Shown: positions 1 through 10,370, numbered from the stretch's first letter. The stretch: 64,000 nt of DNA from Candidatus Eiseniibacteriota bacterium (GCA_963823555.1 CAWGMA010000001.1:512001-576000); one strand, 5' to 3'. Translations and numbers: made by a program. Notes: generated by a model from the sequence alone, not told the origin.

Positions 1-2312
1 CGTACCTGGAGCACTGGGGTCACGTGGTGGACGACGCGTCGCCGCGAGGCAACGGGAACGGGGTGGTGGAGGCGGGGGAGGAGATCTACTACCGGGTGAC
101 GGTGAAGAACACGGGGCAGGACGGATCGGTGGGGCTCGCGGGAGCGCTCCGGGCGCTCCAGGTGTCGGACCGGCAGCCGCACCCGGGGGTGACGGTGGGG
201 GACGGGGCATCGAGCTTCGGGACGCTCGCGCCGGGTCAGCAGGTGGAGGGAGATCGGTTCGCGTTCACGCTGAGCGGACAGGCGGATCCGACGACGGTGC
301 TCCTCGAGCTCACGCTCACCGACGCGCTCGGGGTGGCGGCCGTCGAGCTGCTGGACGTGCTGCATCCGGACTCGCCGGACACGGTGAAGGCATTCGGTTC
401 GCCGTCCTCGATCCGCTTGACGTGGAACCGGGCGGAGGCGGGGGACGCGAAGGGGTACGACGTCCTGCGGTCGAGCGCGCCGGGAGGACCGTTCCAGCGG
501 ATCAACGCCTACACGGTGGACGGGACGGCGGCGTACGAGGACCCGGGTCTGCCGGCGCTGACGCGGTACTACTACCAGGTGGTGGCGCGGGACTCGTCCT
601 ACAACGCATCGGTGCCGTCGGCGGTGATCTCGGGCACCACCAACCCGCCCAACACCCCCGGCTGGCCGATCGAGATCGCCCAGCAGACCCAGTCCTCGGT
701 CGTCCTCTCCAACACCGCCGGCGGATCCGACTACGAGATCTTCACCGCGGCGGACTTCCAGTACGGCTGGCACGCCAACGGGACCGAGATCCTCGATGGC
801 GACGACGATCCGCGCACCAATGGTCCCTACTCCCGCTACGGCTACAATTCAATCAAGGGATTCTCTGCCACCACCGCGATCGGGGATCTGGACGACGACG
901 GCGACTTCGAGATCGTCAATGTCGGCTGGACGGCAGACACGCTCTACGTCTGGGACCACCAGGGTCAGCTCGCTCCGGGCTGGCCCAAGTGGATCATGGA
1001 TGACTTCAACTGGCCGTCCCCCGTCCTCTTCGACCTCGATGGCGACAGCGATCTCGAGATCATCCTCTGGGCGGGGAACGGCGGGCGCCTCTTCGCCTGG
1101 CATCACGATGGGACCGAGGTCGCCGACGGCGACAACAATCCCGCGACGGACGGCATCCTCTACCGCGTGCTCGGCACCTCCTACAACTACTCGAGCCCGG
1201 CGGTGGGGGATATCGACGGCGATCTCCGCCCGGAGATCGTGTTCGCCGTGAACCTGTCCTCGGACATGAGCGGCATGATCTACGCCGTGAACGACAACGG
1301 GACGCTCCTGTGGTCGCGCGCCACGGGGAACGCGAGCGAGCCGTCGCAGATCACGTCGTCACCGGCCATCACTCAACTCGATGGCGCCTTCACCAACGAT
1401 GTCATCTTCGCCGCCGACCGCAACGGGGGCCGCATCTATGCGCTCAATGGCCTCACCGGTGCCGATCTCCCGGGATGGCCGCGCTCGGCTCCGAGCGCCT
1501 CCGGCCAGTCGCGCGTGGGCTCGCCCGCGCTCGGGGATCTCGACAGCGATGGCTACCTCGATATCGCCTACCCGGCCTCGGATGGGCGGCTCTTCGCCTT
1601 CAAGCGCGACGGCACGCCGGTTTCGGGTTTCCCCGTGGTCTATGCCGCCGGCCTCACCGAGGCCACGCAGTCCACACCATCCATCGCCGACATCGACGGC
1701 GACGGCAGACTCGAGATCCTCTTCGGCGACGAGACCGGGAAGCTCCACGGGTACAATCATGACGGCACCCTCGTTGCCGGCTTCCCCATCCAGCTCGGGG
1801 GCGAGGTGCGCTCGACCCCGGTCGTGTGGGACATCGACCAGGACACGATGGTCGAGGTCGCCGTCGCCGGCTGGGACGGCCAGATCCACATCTGGGATCT
1901 GCCCGGCGAGTTCAACCCCCTGCGGACCCCCTGGCCCTTCTTCCGCCACGACGTGCGCAATACCGGATGGACGCAGACGGCGCCCCTGGCCGTCGGCATC
2001 GCCGAGCCGGACGCCGCACCCCAGCCGCCCACAGCACGTGTCTGGCCGGCGCATCCCAATCCCTTCAATCCCGCGACCACGATCGCCTTCGACGTTTCCG
2101 GACAGGGGGCGGTGCCGGTGGCGATCGGCGTGTATGATGTCGCTGGACGGCTCGTGCGCCAGCTCATCGATGCCCCGGTCGAGGCGGGCCATCATGCTCT
2201 CGTCTGGGATGGGCGCGGCCGGAACGGCACGGTGCTCGGATCAGGGATCTACTTCGTCCGGGTCGAGATCGGCAACCACGCGTTCAACCAGAAGGTGACG
2301 CTGATCAAGTGA
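1..2312 (+). CDS. 5'-truncated secreted protein (Ig-like, FN3, FG-GAP repeats, C-terminal FlgD-Ig/T9SS-like domain); paralog of the downstream C25 peptidase
   Basis: The frame is open from the window start (YLEHWGHVVDD...). It has GDLDxDG FG-GAP repeats and a PNPFNP...WDG...SGIYF...KVTLIK tail, and is colinear with the C-terminal half of 2309..7129. Confidence 0.85.
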   Translation, partial: YLEHWGHVVDDASPRGNGNGVVEAGEEIYYRVTVKNTGQDGSVGLAGALRALQVSDRQPHPGVTVGDGASSFGTLAPGQQVEGDRFAFTLSGQADPTTVLLELTLTDALGVAAVELLDVLHPDSPDTVKAFGSPSSIRLTWNRAEAGDAKGYDVLRSSAPGGPFQRINAYTVDGTAAYEDPGLPALTRYYYQVVARDSSYNASVPSAVISGTTNPPNTPGWPIEIAQQTQSSVVLSNTAGGSDYEIFTAADFQYGWHANGTEILDGDDDPRTNGPYSRYGYNSIKGFSATTAIGDLDDDGDFEIVNVGWTADTLYVWDHQGQLAPGWPKWIMDDFNWPSPVLFDLDGDSDLEIILWAGNGGRLFAWHHDGTEVADGDNNPATDGILYRVLGTSYNYSSPAVGDIDGDLRPEIVFAVNLSSDMSGMIYAVNDNGTLLWSRATGNASEPSQITSSPAITQLDGAFTNDVIFAADRNGGRIYALNGLTGADLPGWPRSAPSASGQSRVGSPALGDLDSDGYLDIAYPASDGRLFAFKRDGTPVSGFPVVYAAGLTEATQSTPSIADIDGDGRLEILFGDETGKLHGYNHDGTLVAGFPIQLGGEVRSTPVVWDIDQDTMVEVAVAGWDGQIHIWDLPGEFNPLRTPWPFFRHDVRNTGWTQTAPLAVGIAEPDAAPQPPTARVWPAHPNPFNPATTIAFDVSGQGAVPVAIGVYDVAGRLVRQLIDAPVEAGHHALVWDGRGRNGTVLGSGIYFVRVEIGNHAFNQKVTLIK

Positions 2313-5300
2313 TGGCTCGTCGAATCCGCACGACGGCGGCCTGCATCGCCGGGTTCATGGCCCTCGCCTCGGTGGCCAGGGCCGGACCGCATTCCACTGA
2401 GACGATCCTCGATTTCCCGGCCGATCGTCTCGTGCTCTCCGTCGAATCCGGTGAGACGCGCATCGACTACCCGGGCGGGTTTCGCGCCGCACCCGAGGGT
2501 GCTCCCGATCTGCCGCGCATCGCCGTGTTGCTGGAGGGCCCGCCGGCGTCGACCGTGATCGCGGTGGAAGTCGATGTGCTCGAGGTCGAGGAGCTGGGAG
2601 TGCACCGGATCGCGAGGGCCGCGGCCGATCGGTCGGCTGACGGTCAGATCGCGGTCGCCCCGCCCGCGGCCCCATCTTCGCTCGCCGACGGCTTCTTCCC
2701 CGCGGCGATCGCCACCTTCGAAGGTTCCGGAGCCATGCGCGGGCGCCATCTCTTCCAGTTCGTCGTGAACCCGGTGCGCTGGAACCCGGAGAGCGGCCAG
2801 CTCGTGCTCCTGACCCGTATCCGCCTGCGCTACGAGCTCGGCCCATCATCCCAGGAAATCCTGCCGCGCCACCGCGTCATGCCCGAGACCGAGGTCAAGT
2901 TCGGGCGCGGGCTGGCGCACGTGCTCGGCGCCGGCGGGCGTGCTGCCGGAGCGGATGCGGGCGGTGCGGACGCGGTCCTCCCCGACGGCGCGACGCCGGC
3001 GGGTCCCGGCCCCTACCAGCCCACCTTCCGCCCGACGACGGACGGCAGCGCGGTCGAGTACGTCGTCATCACCTCGGAGGCCCTGGCCGGCGAGTTCGAG
3101 CCGCTCGTCCAGTGGAAGACGGAGAAGGGCGCTCAGGCCGTGGTGCGCACGGTCGAATGGATCGATGCGACCTACCCCAATGGCGTCGATCGGGCCGAGC
3201 GGGTGCGCTTCTTCATCCGGGACGCCTACCAGAACTGGGGCACGCTCTTTGTCCTCCTGGGCGGCGACACCGATGTGATCCCGGTTCGGTATGCTGAAGC
3301 CAACATCCTGGGCGGCGAATCGATTCCCACCGATTACTACTACATGTGTCTGGAGGGCAACTGGAACGCCGACGGGGACGCCCGTTTCGGGGAGGCCTTC
3401 GAGGGGCCGGAGAACCCGGGGGACAACGTGGATCTGATGCCCGAGGTCTATGCCGGGCGCGCCCCGGTCTCGACCCCGGAGCAGGCAGCGGTCTTCGTCG
3501 CCAAGACCATCGCCTACGATCGCAATCCCGCGACAGGCAACGGCGGCTACCCGGCGTCGATCCTCTATCTCGCCGAGCGTCTCTTCACCAACATCGACGG
3601 CGCCCTGATCGCGGAGGAGGCGAATGCGCTCGTGCCGCCCTGGTTCAAGCGGGTCAAGCTCTACGAGGAGTACGCGAGCTGGCCGCAGGCGTTGCCGGAG
3701 ACCTACTCGGCGGTCATCGATTCGATCAACAACGGCTTCGGCATCGTGTATCACATCGGCCACGGCTACCGCAACACGATGTCGATCGGCGACGGCGTGC
3801 TCATCAACGCCGATGCCGATGCCCTGGTGAACGGCGCTCGTCAGTCCGTTGTCTTCGCCATCAACTGCAGCGCAGCCTCGATCGACTTCAATGCGATCGG
3901 AGAGCGGTTCGTCAAGAATCCGGATGGCGGCTCCATCGCCTACATCGGCACCTCCCGGCAGGCCTTCGTCAGCGCATCGCGCGAGTACCAGGAGGAGTGG
4001 TTCTCGGCGATCTTCGCCAGCCCCGACTCGTTGCGTAGCCTGGGAGAGGTCTGCGCCGTGTCGCGTCTCCCCTTCGTGCCGTTCTCCGGTTACGAGAGCA
4101 GCTTTCGCTGGACGCTGTTCGCTGTCACGTTGCTCGGGGATCCGGAGGTCGACCTCCACACCCATGGCATCGCGCCGATCGCGGTGAATCATGCGCCGAC
4201 GATCGCGCTGGGTGCGGGGTCCTTCGCGCTGGCGGTGACGAGCGCGGGCGCGCCGCTTGCTGGCGCCCAGGTGACCCTGTGGAAAGAGGGCCAGGCCTAC
4301 GCCCGCGGTGTCACCGATGCCGGAGGGGTGGCCGCTCTCGCCTTCGCGCCGGAGACAACGGGTCCCGCCACGCTCACCGTATCGCGGCCGGGATATGCCG
4401 TGTATCAGGCCACCGTGACGGTGACCGCGGCGAGCGGGCCGTATCTCCACGTGCAATCGGTCCTCGTCGATGACGACATCATCCCGCCCTCGAGCGGCGA
4501 CGGCGACGGGCGCGCCGACGCCGGCGAGACGGTGGAGATCGCGGTGACGCTCAAGAACGCGGGTGGCGCGGGCGCCACCGGGGTCAACGCCGTGCTGCGC
4601 GTGGCCGATGCCGGTGGGTTCGTGACCCTCGTCGATTCGACGGTGAGCTACATCGCGATCGGGGCCGGCGGCTCATCGAGCGGAGCAGGGCGCTTCGTCA
4701 TCGCCATCGCGCCCGATGCGCCTTATGCCCTCCAGCCCGTCTTCACGCTCCGCGCCGCCACCGATCAGGGCATCTTCTCGGATGTCTTCGTCCTGCCGGT
4801 ACGGCGCTCCTTTCTCGAGCACGTGACCCACGTGATCGATGACGCCGTTCCGCGCGGGAACGGCAACGGCGTGATCGAAGCCGGAGAGGAGATCTGGTAC
4901 TCGATCTCGCTCAGGAATTCGGGGCAGGATGCAGCCGAGGCGGTGGCGGCCACGCTGGCGGCGGTCAAGGCCCGTACGCTCGACCCCGAACCCCTGGTCA
5001 CGGTGAGCGACGGGAACTCGAGCTTCGGGAGCGTCGCGGTGGGGGCCACGCTGACCGGGGACCGCTTCGCATTCGCCCTCGATCCGGGGCTCGATCCGGA
5101 CTCGCTTCGTCTCGCGGTGTCCTATGACGACGCCGACGGACCGGTTCGCACCGAGTACCTCGATGTCGTACCGCCAGGCGCGGTGGATAGCCTCGTCGTC
5201 TTCGGGGCGCCCAGCTCGCTCCTCATCAAGTGGAAGCGGCCAGCGGATCCCGATGTGCTCGGCTACGAGATCTTCCGCGCTCCGAGTCCGGGCGGGCCCT

Positions 5301-7129
5301 TCGTCCGGGTGAACGATTATCTGGCGGAGGGGGCCGCGGTGTTCGAGGATCCGGATCTCATGCCGCTCACCCGTTACACCTACAAGATCGCGCCGCGAGA
5401 CTCGTCGTTCAATGCGGGACCGCTCTCGACAGCGGTCTCCGGATCCACGAACCCGCCACTCGCGGTGGGATGGCCGATCGAGCTCGGCCAGCAGGCCCAG
5501 TCCTCTCTCCAGCTCGCCGATGTGGCCGGAGGCAGCGATAACGAGGTGTTCACCGCGGCCGACTACCAGTTCGGCTGGCACGCCGACGGCAGCGAGATCG
5601 TCGACGGCGACGGGGATCCACGCACGAGCGGGGTCCTCGCCCCGGATGGTTATTCGTCCTCGAAATCGTTCAGCGCTACCTGTGCGCTCGGTGACATGAA
5701 CGGAGACGGCAACGTGGAGATCGCTAATGTGGGCTGGATGCTGCCCGAGGCCTACCTCTGGAACGCGGACGGCGAGCTGCTATCGGGGTGGCCTGAGCCG
5801 GTGTTCGGTGATTTCAACTGGCCGTCGCCCCTGATGGCCGATATCGACGGCGATGACGATCTCGAACTCGTCGTGTGGGCGGCACAGGGTGGACGTCTCC
5901 TCGCCTGGCACCATGACGGCAGCGAGGTTGCCGACGGCGACAACAATCCCTCGACGCACGGCATCCTCTACCGCGTTACCGGAGCGTCATACTGCTATTC
6001 ATCTCCTGCGGCGGCCAACCTCGATGCGGATCCGGAGGCGGAGATCGTCTTCTGCCTCAACTTTGCGACCGACAATGCCGGCCCGATCTACGCCGTGAAC
6101 GGCGACGGCACCCTCGTCCCCGGCTGGCCGGTCGCGACCGGTGACCCCGCCAACCCTTCCGCCATCACGGCCTCACCAGCGATCGGCGATCTCGATCGCG
6201 ATGGCGTGAACGAGGTCGTGGTCGCCTCGGAGCGGGGTGGTGGGCGCGTGCATGTGTTCAGGGCCAACGGTACGGTGTTCCCGGGATGGCCGAAGAGCAT
6301 TCCCGCCGTGACGGCGCAGGTGCGGACCGGCTCCCCGGTCCTCGCGGATGTCGACGACGACACCTACCTCGATGTCGTCTTCCCCAGCTCGGACGGTCAG
6401 CTCTGGGTCTGGAACCGAAATGGCGCGACGCTTCCGGGATTCCCGGTCCGGTTCTACTCCGGGGCCGGCGAGGCGACGCAATCGTCACCGACGGTGGGGG
6501 ATCTCGATGCCGACGGAAGGATGGAGATTCTCATCGGGGACGAGACCGGAAGGCTCCACGCCTTCAACCACGACGGCGCTCCGGTCGCCGGCTTCCCGAT
6601 CCAGCTCGGCGGGGAGGTTCGAGGCTCGTCGATCATCTGGGACATCGACAATGACGGCCTGGTCGAGGTCGGCCTGGTGTGCTGGGACGCCAACGTCTAC
6701 ATCTGGGATCTACCCTATGCCTGGAACCCGACGCGCATCCCCTGGCCCTTCTTCCGCCATGATGTCGCCAATACGGGCTATGTCGGGAGCGAGATCCTCC
6801 CTGTCGCCATCGCCGAACCCGGGGCGGCCCCGGATAATGGCCCCCGTCTCGCGGTGATTCACCCGGCCCGGCCGAACCCATTCAATCCGCGCACCACGCT
6901 CTCCTTTGATGTGCCCGGATCAGGACAGATCCCGGTGAGCCTGTCGATCTATGATGTGGACGGCCGTCTCGTGGCGCGCATCCTGGACGGCCAGCTCCCG
7001 CCCGGCCGTCACGCGGTGGATTGGGACGGGCGCGGAGAAGGCGGCCGGGGTCTTGCGGCCGGGGTCTATTTCTACCGGGTCACGATCGGGGATTTCACCG
7101 CATCCCGCAAACTGACCCTCGTCAAGTAA
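2309..7129 (+). CDS. C25 (gingipain-like) cysteine peptidase with propeptide, Ig/FN3 domains, FG-GAP repeats and FlgD-Ig C-terminal domain
   Basis: Signal peptide; C25 motifs VLLGGD, TDYYY, GRAPV, YHIGHG (His), AINCS (Cys), LLGDP; FG-GAP repeats; PNPFNP...GVYFYR...KLTLVK tail. Start overlaps the upstream stop. Confidence 0.88.
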   Translation: MMARRIRTTAACIAGFMALASVARAGPHSTETILDFPADRLVLSVESGETRIDYPGGFRAAPEGAPDLPRIAVLLEGPPASTVIAVEVDVLEVEELGVHRIARAAADRSADGQIAVAPPAAPSSLADGFFPAAIATFEGSGAMRGRHLFQFVVNPVRWNPESGQLVLLTRIRLRYELGPSSQEILPRHRVMPETEVKFGRGLAHVLGAGGRAAGADAGGADAVLPDGATPAGPGPYQPTFRPTTDGSAVEYVVITSEALAGEFEPLVQWKTEKGAQAVVRTVEWIDATYPNGVDRAERVRFFIRDAYQNWGTLFVLLGGDTDVIPVRYAEANILGGESIPTDYYYMCLEGNWNADGDARFGEAFEGPENPGDNVDLMPEVYAGRAPVSTPEQAAVFVAKTIAYDRNPATGNGGYPASILYLAERLFTNIDGALIAEEANALVPPWFKRVKLYEEYASWPQALPETYSAVIDSINNGFGIVYHIGHGYRNTMSIGDGVLINADADALVNGARQSVVFAINCSAASIDFNAIGERFVKNPDGGSIAYIGTSRQAFVSASREYQEEWFSAIFASPDSLRSLGEVCAVSRLPFVPFSGYESSFRWTLFAVTLLGDPEVDLHTHGIAPIAVNHAPTIALGAGSFALAVTSAGAPLAGAQVTLWKEGQAYARGVTDAGGVAALAFAPETTGPATLTVSRPGYAVYQATVTVTAASGPYLHVQSVLVDDDIIPPSSGDGDGRADAGETVEIAVTLKNAGGAGATGVNAVLRVADAGGFVTLVDSTVSYIAIGAGGSSSGAGRFVIAIAPDAPYALQPVFTLRAATDQGIFSDVFVLPVRRSFLEHVTHVIDDAVPRGNGNGVIEAGEEIWYSISLRNSGQDAAEAVAATLAAVKARTLDPEPLVTVSDGNSSFGSVAVGATLTGDRFAFALDPGLDPDSLRLAVSYDDADGPVRTEYLDVVPPGAVDSLVVFGAPSSLLIKWKRPADPDVLGYEIFRAPSPGGPFVRVNDYLAEGAAVFEDPDLMPLTRYTYKIAPRDSSFNAGPLSTAVSGSTNPPLAVGWPIELGQQAQSSLQLADVAGGSDNEVFTAADYQFGWHADGSEIVDGDGDPRTSGVLAPDGYSSSKSFSATCALGDMNGDGNVEIANVGWMLPEAYLWNADGELLSGWPEPVFGDFNWPSPLMADIDGDDDLELVVWAAQGGRLLAWHHDGSEVADGDNNPSTHGILYRVTGASYCYSSPAAANLDADPEAEIVFCLNFATDNAGPIYAVNGDGTLVPGWPVATGDPANPSAITASPAIGDLDRDGVNEVVVASERGGGRVHVFRANGTVFPGWPKSIPAVTAQVRTGSPVLADVDDDTYLDVVFPSSDGQLWVWNRNGATLPGFPVRFYSGAGEATQSSPTVGDLDADGRMEILIGDETGRLHAFNHDGAPVAGFPIQLGGEVRGSSIIWDIDNDGLVEVGLVCWDANVYIWDLPYAWNPTRIPWPFFRHDVANTGYVGSEILPVAIAEPGAAPDNGPRLAVIHPARPNPFNPRTTLSFDVPGSGQIPVSLSIYDVDGRLVARILDGQLPPGRHAVDWDGRGEGGRGLAAGVYFYRVTIGDFTASRKLTLVK

Positions 7130-7133
7130 TCAG

Positions 7134-8261
7134 GTGGCAGGATTCACGGCGCATGGCCCCAGGCAACGACGACGAGCCGGGGGCTTGGTTGCCAATCTCT
7201 TTCTCCTTCTTGCGAGCATCCTCTTCACGCTCGTGGCTCTGGAGATGGCGCTGCGCCTCGTGGAGCGCCGCGAGACCGGACGCCCGCCGGCGGTGGCAGC
7301 GGACGCCGATGCGGATTCGGCCGCCCGGGATGTCACTCCCGAGTATGTGCCGTCCGACCTTCTGGGCTGGACGCTCCGCCCCGCGAGCGTGCAGCGTTTC
7401 CGGCGGCGGGGATTCGACACCACCGTCCGCTCGAATGATCTCGGCTTCCGCGGTCCCGTGGTGGAGCCCAAGGCTGCGGACGTGAAACGCTGGGCCGTGC
7501 TCGGCGATTCGTACGGCTTCGGCTGGGGGGTCGAGGAGAGCGAGACCTATGCCGCGGAGTTCGAACGCCTGCTGAATGCCGGTCCGGATCACGGGGTGCG
7601 CTACGAGGTCGTGAACGCGGCCTTGCCTGGATTCGGCACCTATCAGCGTCTGGCGGCGCTCGAATGTCTCCGGCCCTATGGGCTCGACGGCATCATCGTC
7701 GAATTCAGCGCCTCCAATGATGTGGTCGATGACTGGCGGGCTGCTCCCTACGTTCCCGATCGTCTCGGTGAGTACCAGGCGCGGGGGACGCAGTTCACGG
7801 CATTCGAGCGCTTCTTGAACGCACACAGCCGCTTGTTCACGCTGCTCTGGAATCGTGCCATGCCGCTCCGGTTGTGGCTCGAGGCCCGTTCCGGGAAGAA
7901 CCTCGAGCGAAGCGAGCGGTTGTGGGAGCAGATCCTCGCCCGTGCCGATGCGCTCGATCTCGACGTCCTGGTGGTGGTCAACGCCTCGCGCTACCAGGTG
8001 CTCGGGGATGGAGGCGGTGTGATGAGCTGGCTGGCACACACCGGCTTCGGCCTCAGGCCCAACACGATGATCCGCCGGGTCATCGAGCGCCATCGACTGC
8101 CATGGGTCGATGGAGAGCAGGTGTTTCGGGCGGCCCCGGCCGGCGATCTCTTCCTCGGCGGGGATGTGCACTGGACCAGGAAGGGCCACCGGCTCGTGGC
8201 CGAGGCCCTCGCAGACCGGATCGAGGAGGTCTCGCCGCCGCCGCCGGCCGGCGCGAACTAG
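7134..8261 (+). CDS. Membrane-anchored SGNH/GDSL hydrolase
   Basis: N-terminal TM helix; block I VLGDSYGFG, block II NAALPG, block III SND, block V DVHW. Confidence 0.85.
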   Translation: MAGFTAHGPRQRRRAGGLVANLFLLLASILFTLVALEMALRLVERRETGRPPAVAADADADSAARDVTPEYVPSDLLGWTLRPASVQRFRRRGFDTTVRSNDLGFRGPVVEPKAADVKRWAVLGDSYGFGWGVEESETYAAEFERLLNAGPDHGVRYEVVNAALPGFGTYQRLAALECLRPYGLDGIIVEFSASNDVVDDWRAAPYVPDRLGEYQARGTQFTAFERFLNAHSRLFTLLWNRAMPLRLWLEARSGKNLERSERLWEQILARADALDLDVLVVVNASRYQVLGDGGGVMSWLAHTGFGLRPNTMIRRVIERHRLPWVDGEQVFRAAPAGDLFLGGDVHWTRKGHRLVAEALADRIEEVSPPPPAGAN

Positions 8262-8353
8262 CCAAGGCGACCTGGACACCGCCCACCAGGCGGCGCCTGG
8301 CCCTATGGATTAATTTATTGTCTGGCAAGATTTTGTAGGCTTGGAGCAGAGTG

Positions 8354-8383
8354 TTGCCGGGGCCATGGCGGGTCTGCTAGCAT
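8354..8383 (+). promoter_or_regulatory. Putative sigma70 promoter of the tRNA pair
   Basis: TTGCCG-N18-TAGCAT with a TGn extension, about 75 nt upstream of tRNA-Gln. Confidence 0.35.
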
Positions 8384-8457
8384 CGTTCTTCGCCCGAGGG
8401 GTGCCGGGACGGCGCCCCGGCGCGTGGCTGGTCACGACGCTCGCTTTCATGACGCGT

Positions 8458-8531
8458 TGGGGAGTCGTCCAGTGGTAGGACACGTGGCTCTGGACCACGG
8501 TACCGGGGTTCGAATCCTCGCTCCCCAGCCA
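8458..8531 (+). tRNA. tRNA-Gln(CTG)
   Basis: Acceptor stem TGGGGAG/CTCCCCA, anticodon arm CGTGG-CT-CTG-GA-CCACG, T-loop GTTCGAATC, encoded 3' CCA. Confidence 0.96.
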
Positions 8532-8599
8532 GATTTTGCTGCTCGGAGTCATGGACGCTTCGCGGCAGCGCGGATCATCGAGTCAGGTCCTGACGGAGT

Positions 8600-8674
8600 G
8601 GCGCTATCGTCTAGGGGTTAGGACGGATGGTTCTCAGCCATCAAACCGGGGTTCGAATCCCCGTAGCGCTACCA
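8600..8674 (+). tRNA. tRNA-Glu(CTC)
   Basis: Acceptor stem GGCGCTA/TAGCGCT, anticodon arm GATGG-TT-CTC-AG-CCATC, GTTCGAATC, 3' CCA. Confidence 0.96.
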
Positions 8675-8682
8675 GCCTGAGC

Positions 8683-8727
8683 GGAAGCCCTCGCCGCCAT
8701 CACCGCGCGGCGAGGGCTTCCCTCTTT
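8683..8727 (+). terminator. Hairpin / probable intrinsic terminator after the tRNAs
   Basis: Perfect inverted repeat GGAAGCCCTCGCCGC / GCGGCGAGGGCTTCC followed by CTCTTT. Confidence 0.65.
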
Positions 8728-8746
8728 CACCCTCGAGAGTCGGTTC

Positions 8747-9499
8747 ATGAAAGTCCTCGTACACGCCGTGACCGACCGCGGCCTCCGCCGGTCGCGCAAT
8801 GAAGACAGTCACGGCGTGTGGGTGCCGGAGGACCCAGCCGAGATCGAGCGCCGCGGCGTGTTCCTCGTCGTTGCCGATGGCATGGGCGGTGGTCGAGCCG
8901 GAGATGTGGCGAGCCGTCTCGCGGTCGAGACCACGATGCGCGCCATGCGCGAAGCGCCGGGCCTGGACTTGCTGGCCGAACTGAGCGCGGCCCTGGCCGC
9001 GGCGAACCGGGCGCTCTATGTCGAGAACGTGCGCGTGGCGGAGCCACCTGGCATGGGGACCACGCTGACCGCCGCTGTGGTGCGAGGTCCGGATATCTTC
9101 CTGGCTCACGTCGGCGATACGCGCGTCTATCTGCTCCGCGCCGCCCGCCTGACGCAGGTGACCGAGGACCACTCGCTCGTCGCCCATCTGGTTGCGGAGG
9201 GGGAGATCACGGCCGACGAGGCGCGCGTCGATCCCAGGCGCAACCTGCTCACGAGGAGCGTCGGCCTCACGCCCGAAGTCCGGGTGGACGCCGGGCACCT
9301 GAAATGGACGTTCATGCCGGGCGATGTCCTGATCCTCTCCACCGATGGGTTGCACGGTCTCGTGAGCAACGAGGAGATGGCCCGGGCGGTGGGGGCGGCC
9401 GCCTCTCTCGAAGAAGCCGGCGCCGCTCTCGTCGCGCTCGCGCTCGAGGCCGGAGGGATCGACAACATCACGGTGATCCTGGCTCGGGCCGAGGCCTAG
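8747..9499 (+). CDS. PP2C-family Ser/Thr protein phosphatase (Stp1/IreP type)
   Basis: Motifs RSRNED, VADGMGG, GMGTT, HVGDTR, TEDHS, STDGL, GGIDNIT. Confidence 0.93.
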   Translation: MKVLVHAVTDRGLRRSRNEDSHGVWVPEDPAEIERRGVFLVVADGMGGGRAGDVASRLAVETTMRAMREAPGLDLLAELSAALAAANRALYVENVRVAEPPGMGTTLTAAVVRGPDIFLAHVGDTRVYLLRAARLTQVTEDHSLVAHLVAEGEITADEARVDPRRNLLTRSVGLTPEVRVDAGHLKWTFMPGDVLILSTDGLHGLVSNEEMARAVGAAASLEEAGAALVALALEAGGIDNITVILARAEA

Positions 9500-9536
9500 G
9501 CCGCGCCGGTCATGTCCTGACCGGAGCTCCTTCCGG

Positions 9537-10370
9537 TCAGGTGCCCTGGGCCTTCTGCCGCCAGCGCAGGTAGATCATCCCGACGACGATCGTGCCCAGG
9601 AGATAGGCGATCACGAGGGCGAGCGTGCGCCGACTGGGAGATCCCGCCGCCACGAGCAAGGCCAGCCCGATGTGGCGTGTCGTGCAGGACACGGCGAGCG
9701 AGGTGCGGTGGGAGGGGTCGGGACCGCCGAGGAGGTGGCCGACGACGATCGCCATCAAGGCAAATGCCGCGAAGCCGAGGAACGACGGCCATCCCAGGGC
9801 GAGGACGTCCTTCCTCAGGGCCACGAGCAGCACGATCGCGCACAGGCCAAGGGCGATGGTTGCCAGCTTGAGCAGCAGATCGTCGATCCTGGTGGCGATT
9901 CCAGGCAGGACGGCGCGGATGAGAATGCCCGCACCGATCGGCAGAAGGAAAGAACTGAAGAGGAGCGCGGCGACTTCTCTTGGCAGCACGATGTCCTCGC
10001 TGCCGATCCAGGTCCGGATGACGGTCAGCCAGGCGGGAACGGCCACGATCGCCAGGAGCGAGGTGGCCACGACCAGGCTGATCACGTAGTGCGGGTCGCC
10101 GCCGAATTTGAGGAGCTTGCGCGGAAGCAAAGGTGCCCCGGCGCAGATAGCGAGGACCAGGATCGCGATCTCCGTTCCCCGCGGCAGATCGAGTATCTCG
10201 ACCATCCCGATCGCGACCAAGGGAACCGCGACGTACATCGCCAGGAGCGATCTCACGAGCAGGCCGGGGCGCTTCCACAGCCAGGCCACATCCTCCAGCC
10301 TGGCCTTGAGCCCGGTGGCGAGGACGAGCACCGCGACCGATGCCTTCAAGACCAGGGCGAGCATCTGCAT
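9537..10370 (-). CDS. Bile acid:Na+ symporter-like membrane protein
   Basis: About 9 hydrophobic helices; RPGLLVRSLLAM, ICAGAP and SCTTRHIGLAL resemble the SBF family. Start uncertain (10370 or 10391). Confidence 0.7.
   Translation of the reverse strand: MQMLALVLKASVAVLVLATGLKARLEDVAWLWKRPGLLVRSLLAMYVAVPLVAIGMVEILDLPRGTEIAILVLAICAGAPLLPRKLLKFGGDPHYVISLVVATSLLAIVAVPAWLTVIRTWIGSEDIVLPREVAALLFSSFLLPIGAGILIRAVLPGIATRIDDLLLKLATIALGLCAIVLLVALRKDVLALGWPSFLGFAAFALMAIVVGHLLGGPDPSHRTSLAVSCTTRHIGLALLVAAGSPSRRTLALVIAYLLGTIVVGMIYLRWRQKAQGT

Noticed and set aside
8458..8727. tRNA pair as an integration site for a mobile element
   Set aside because: No integrase is adjacent and I saw no duplicated tRNA 3' end in the window.
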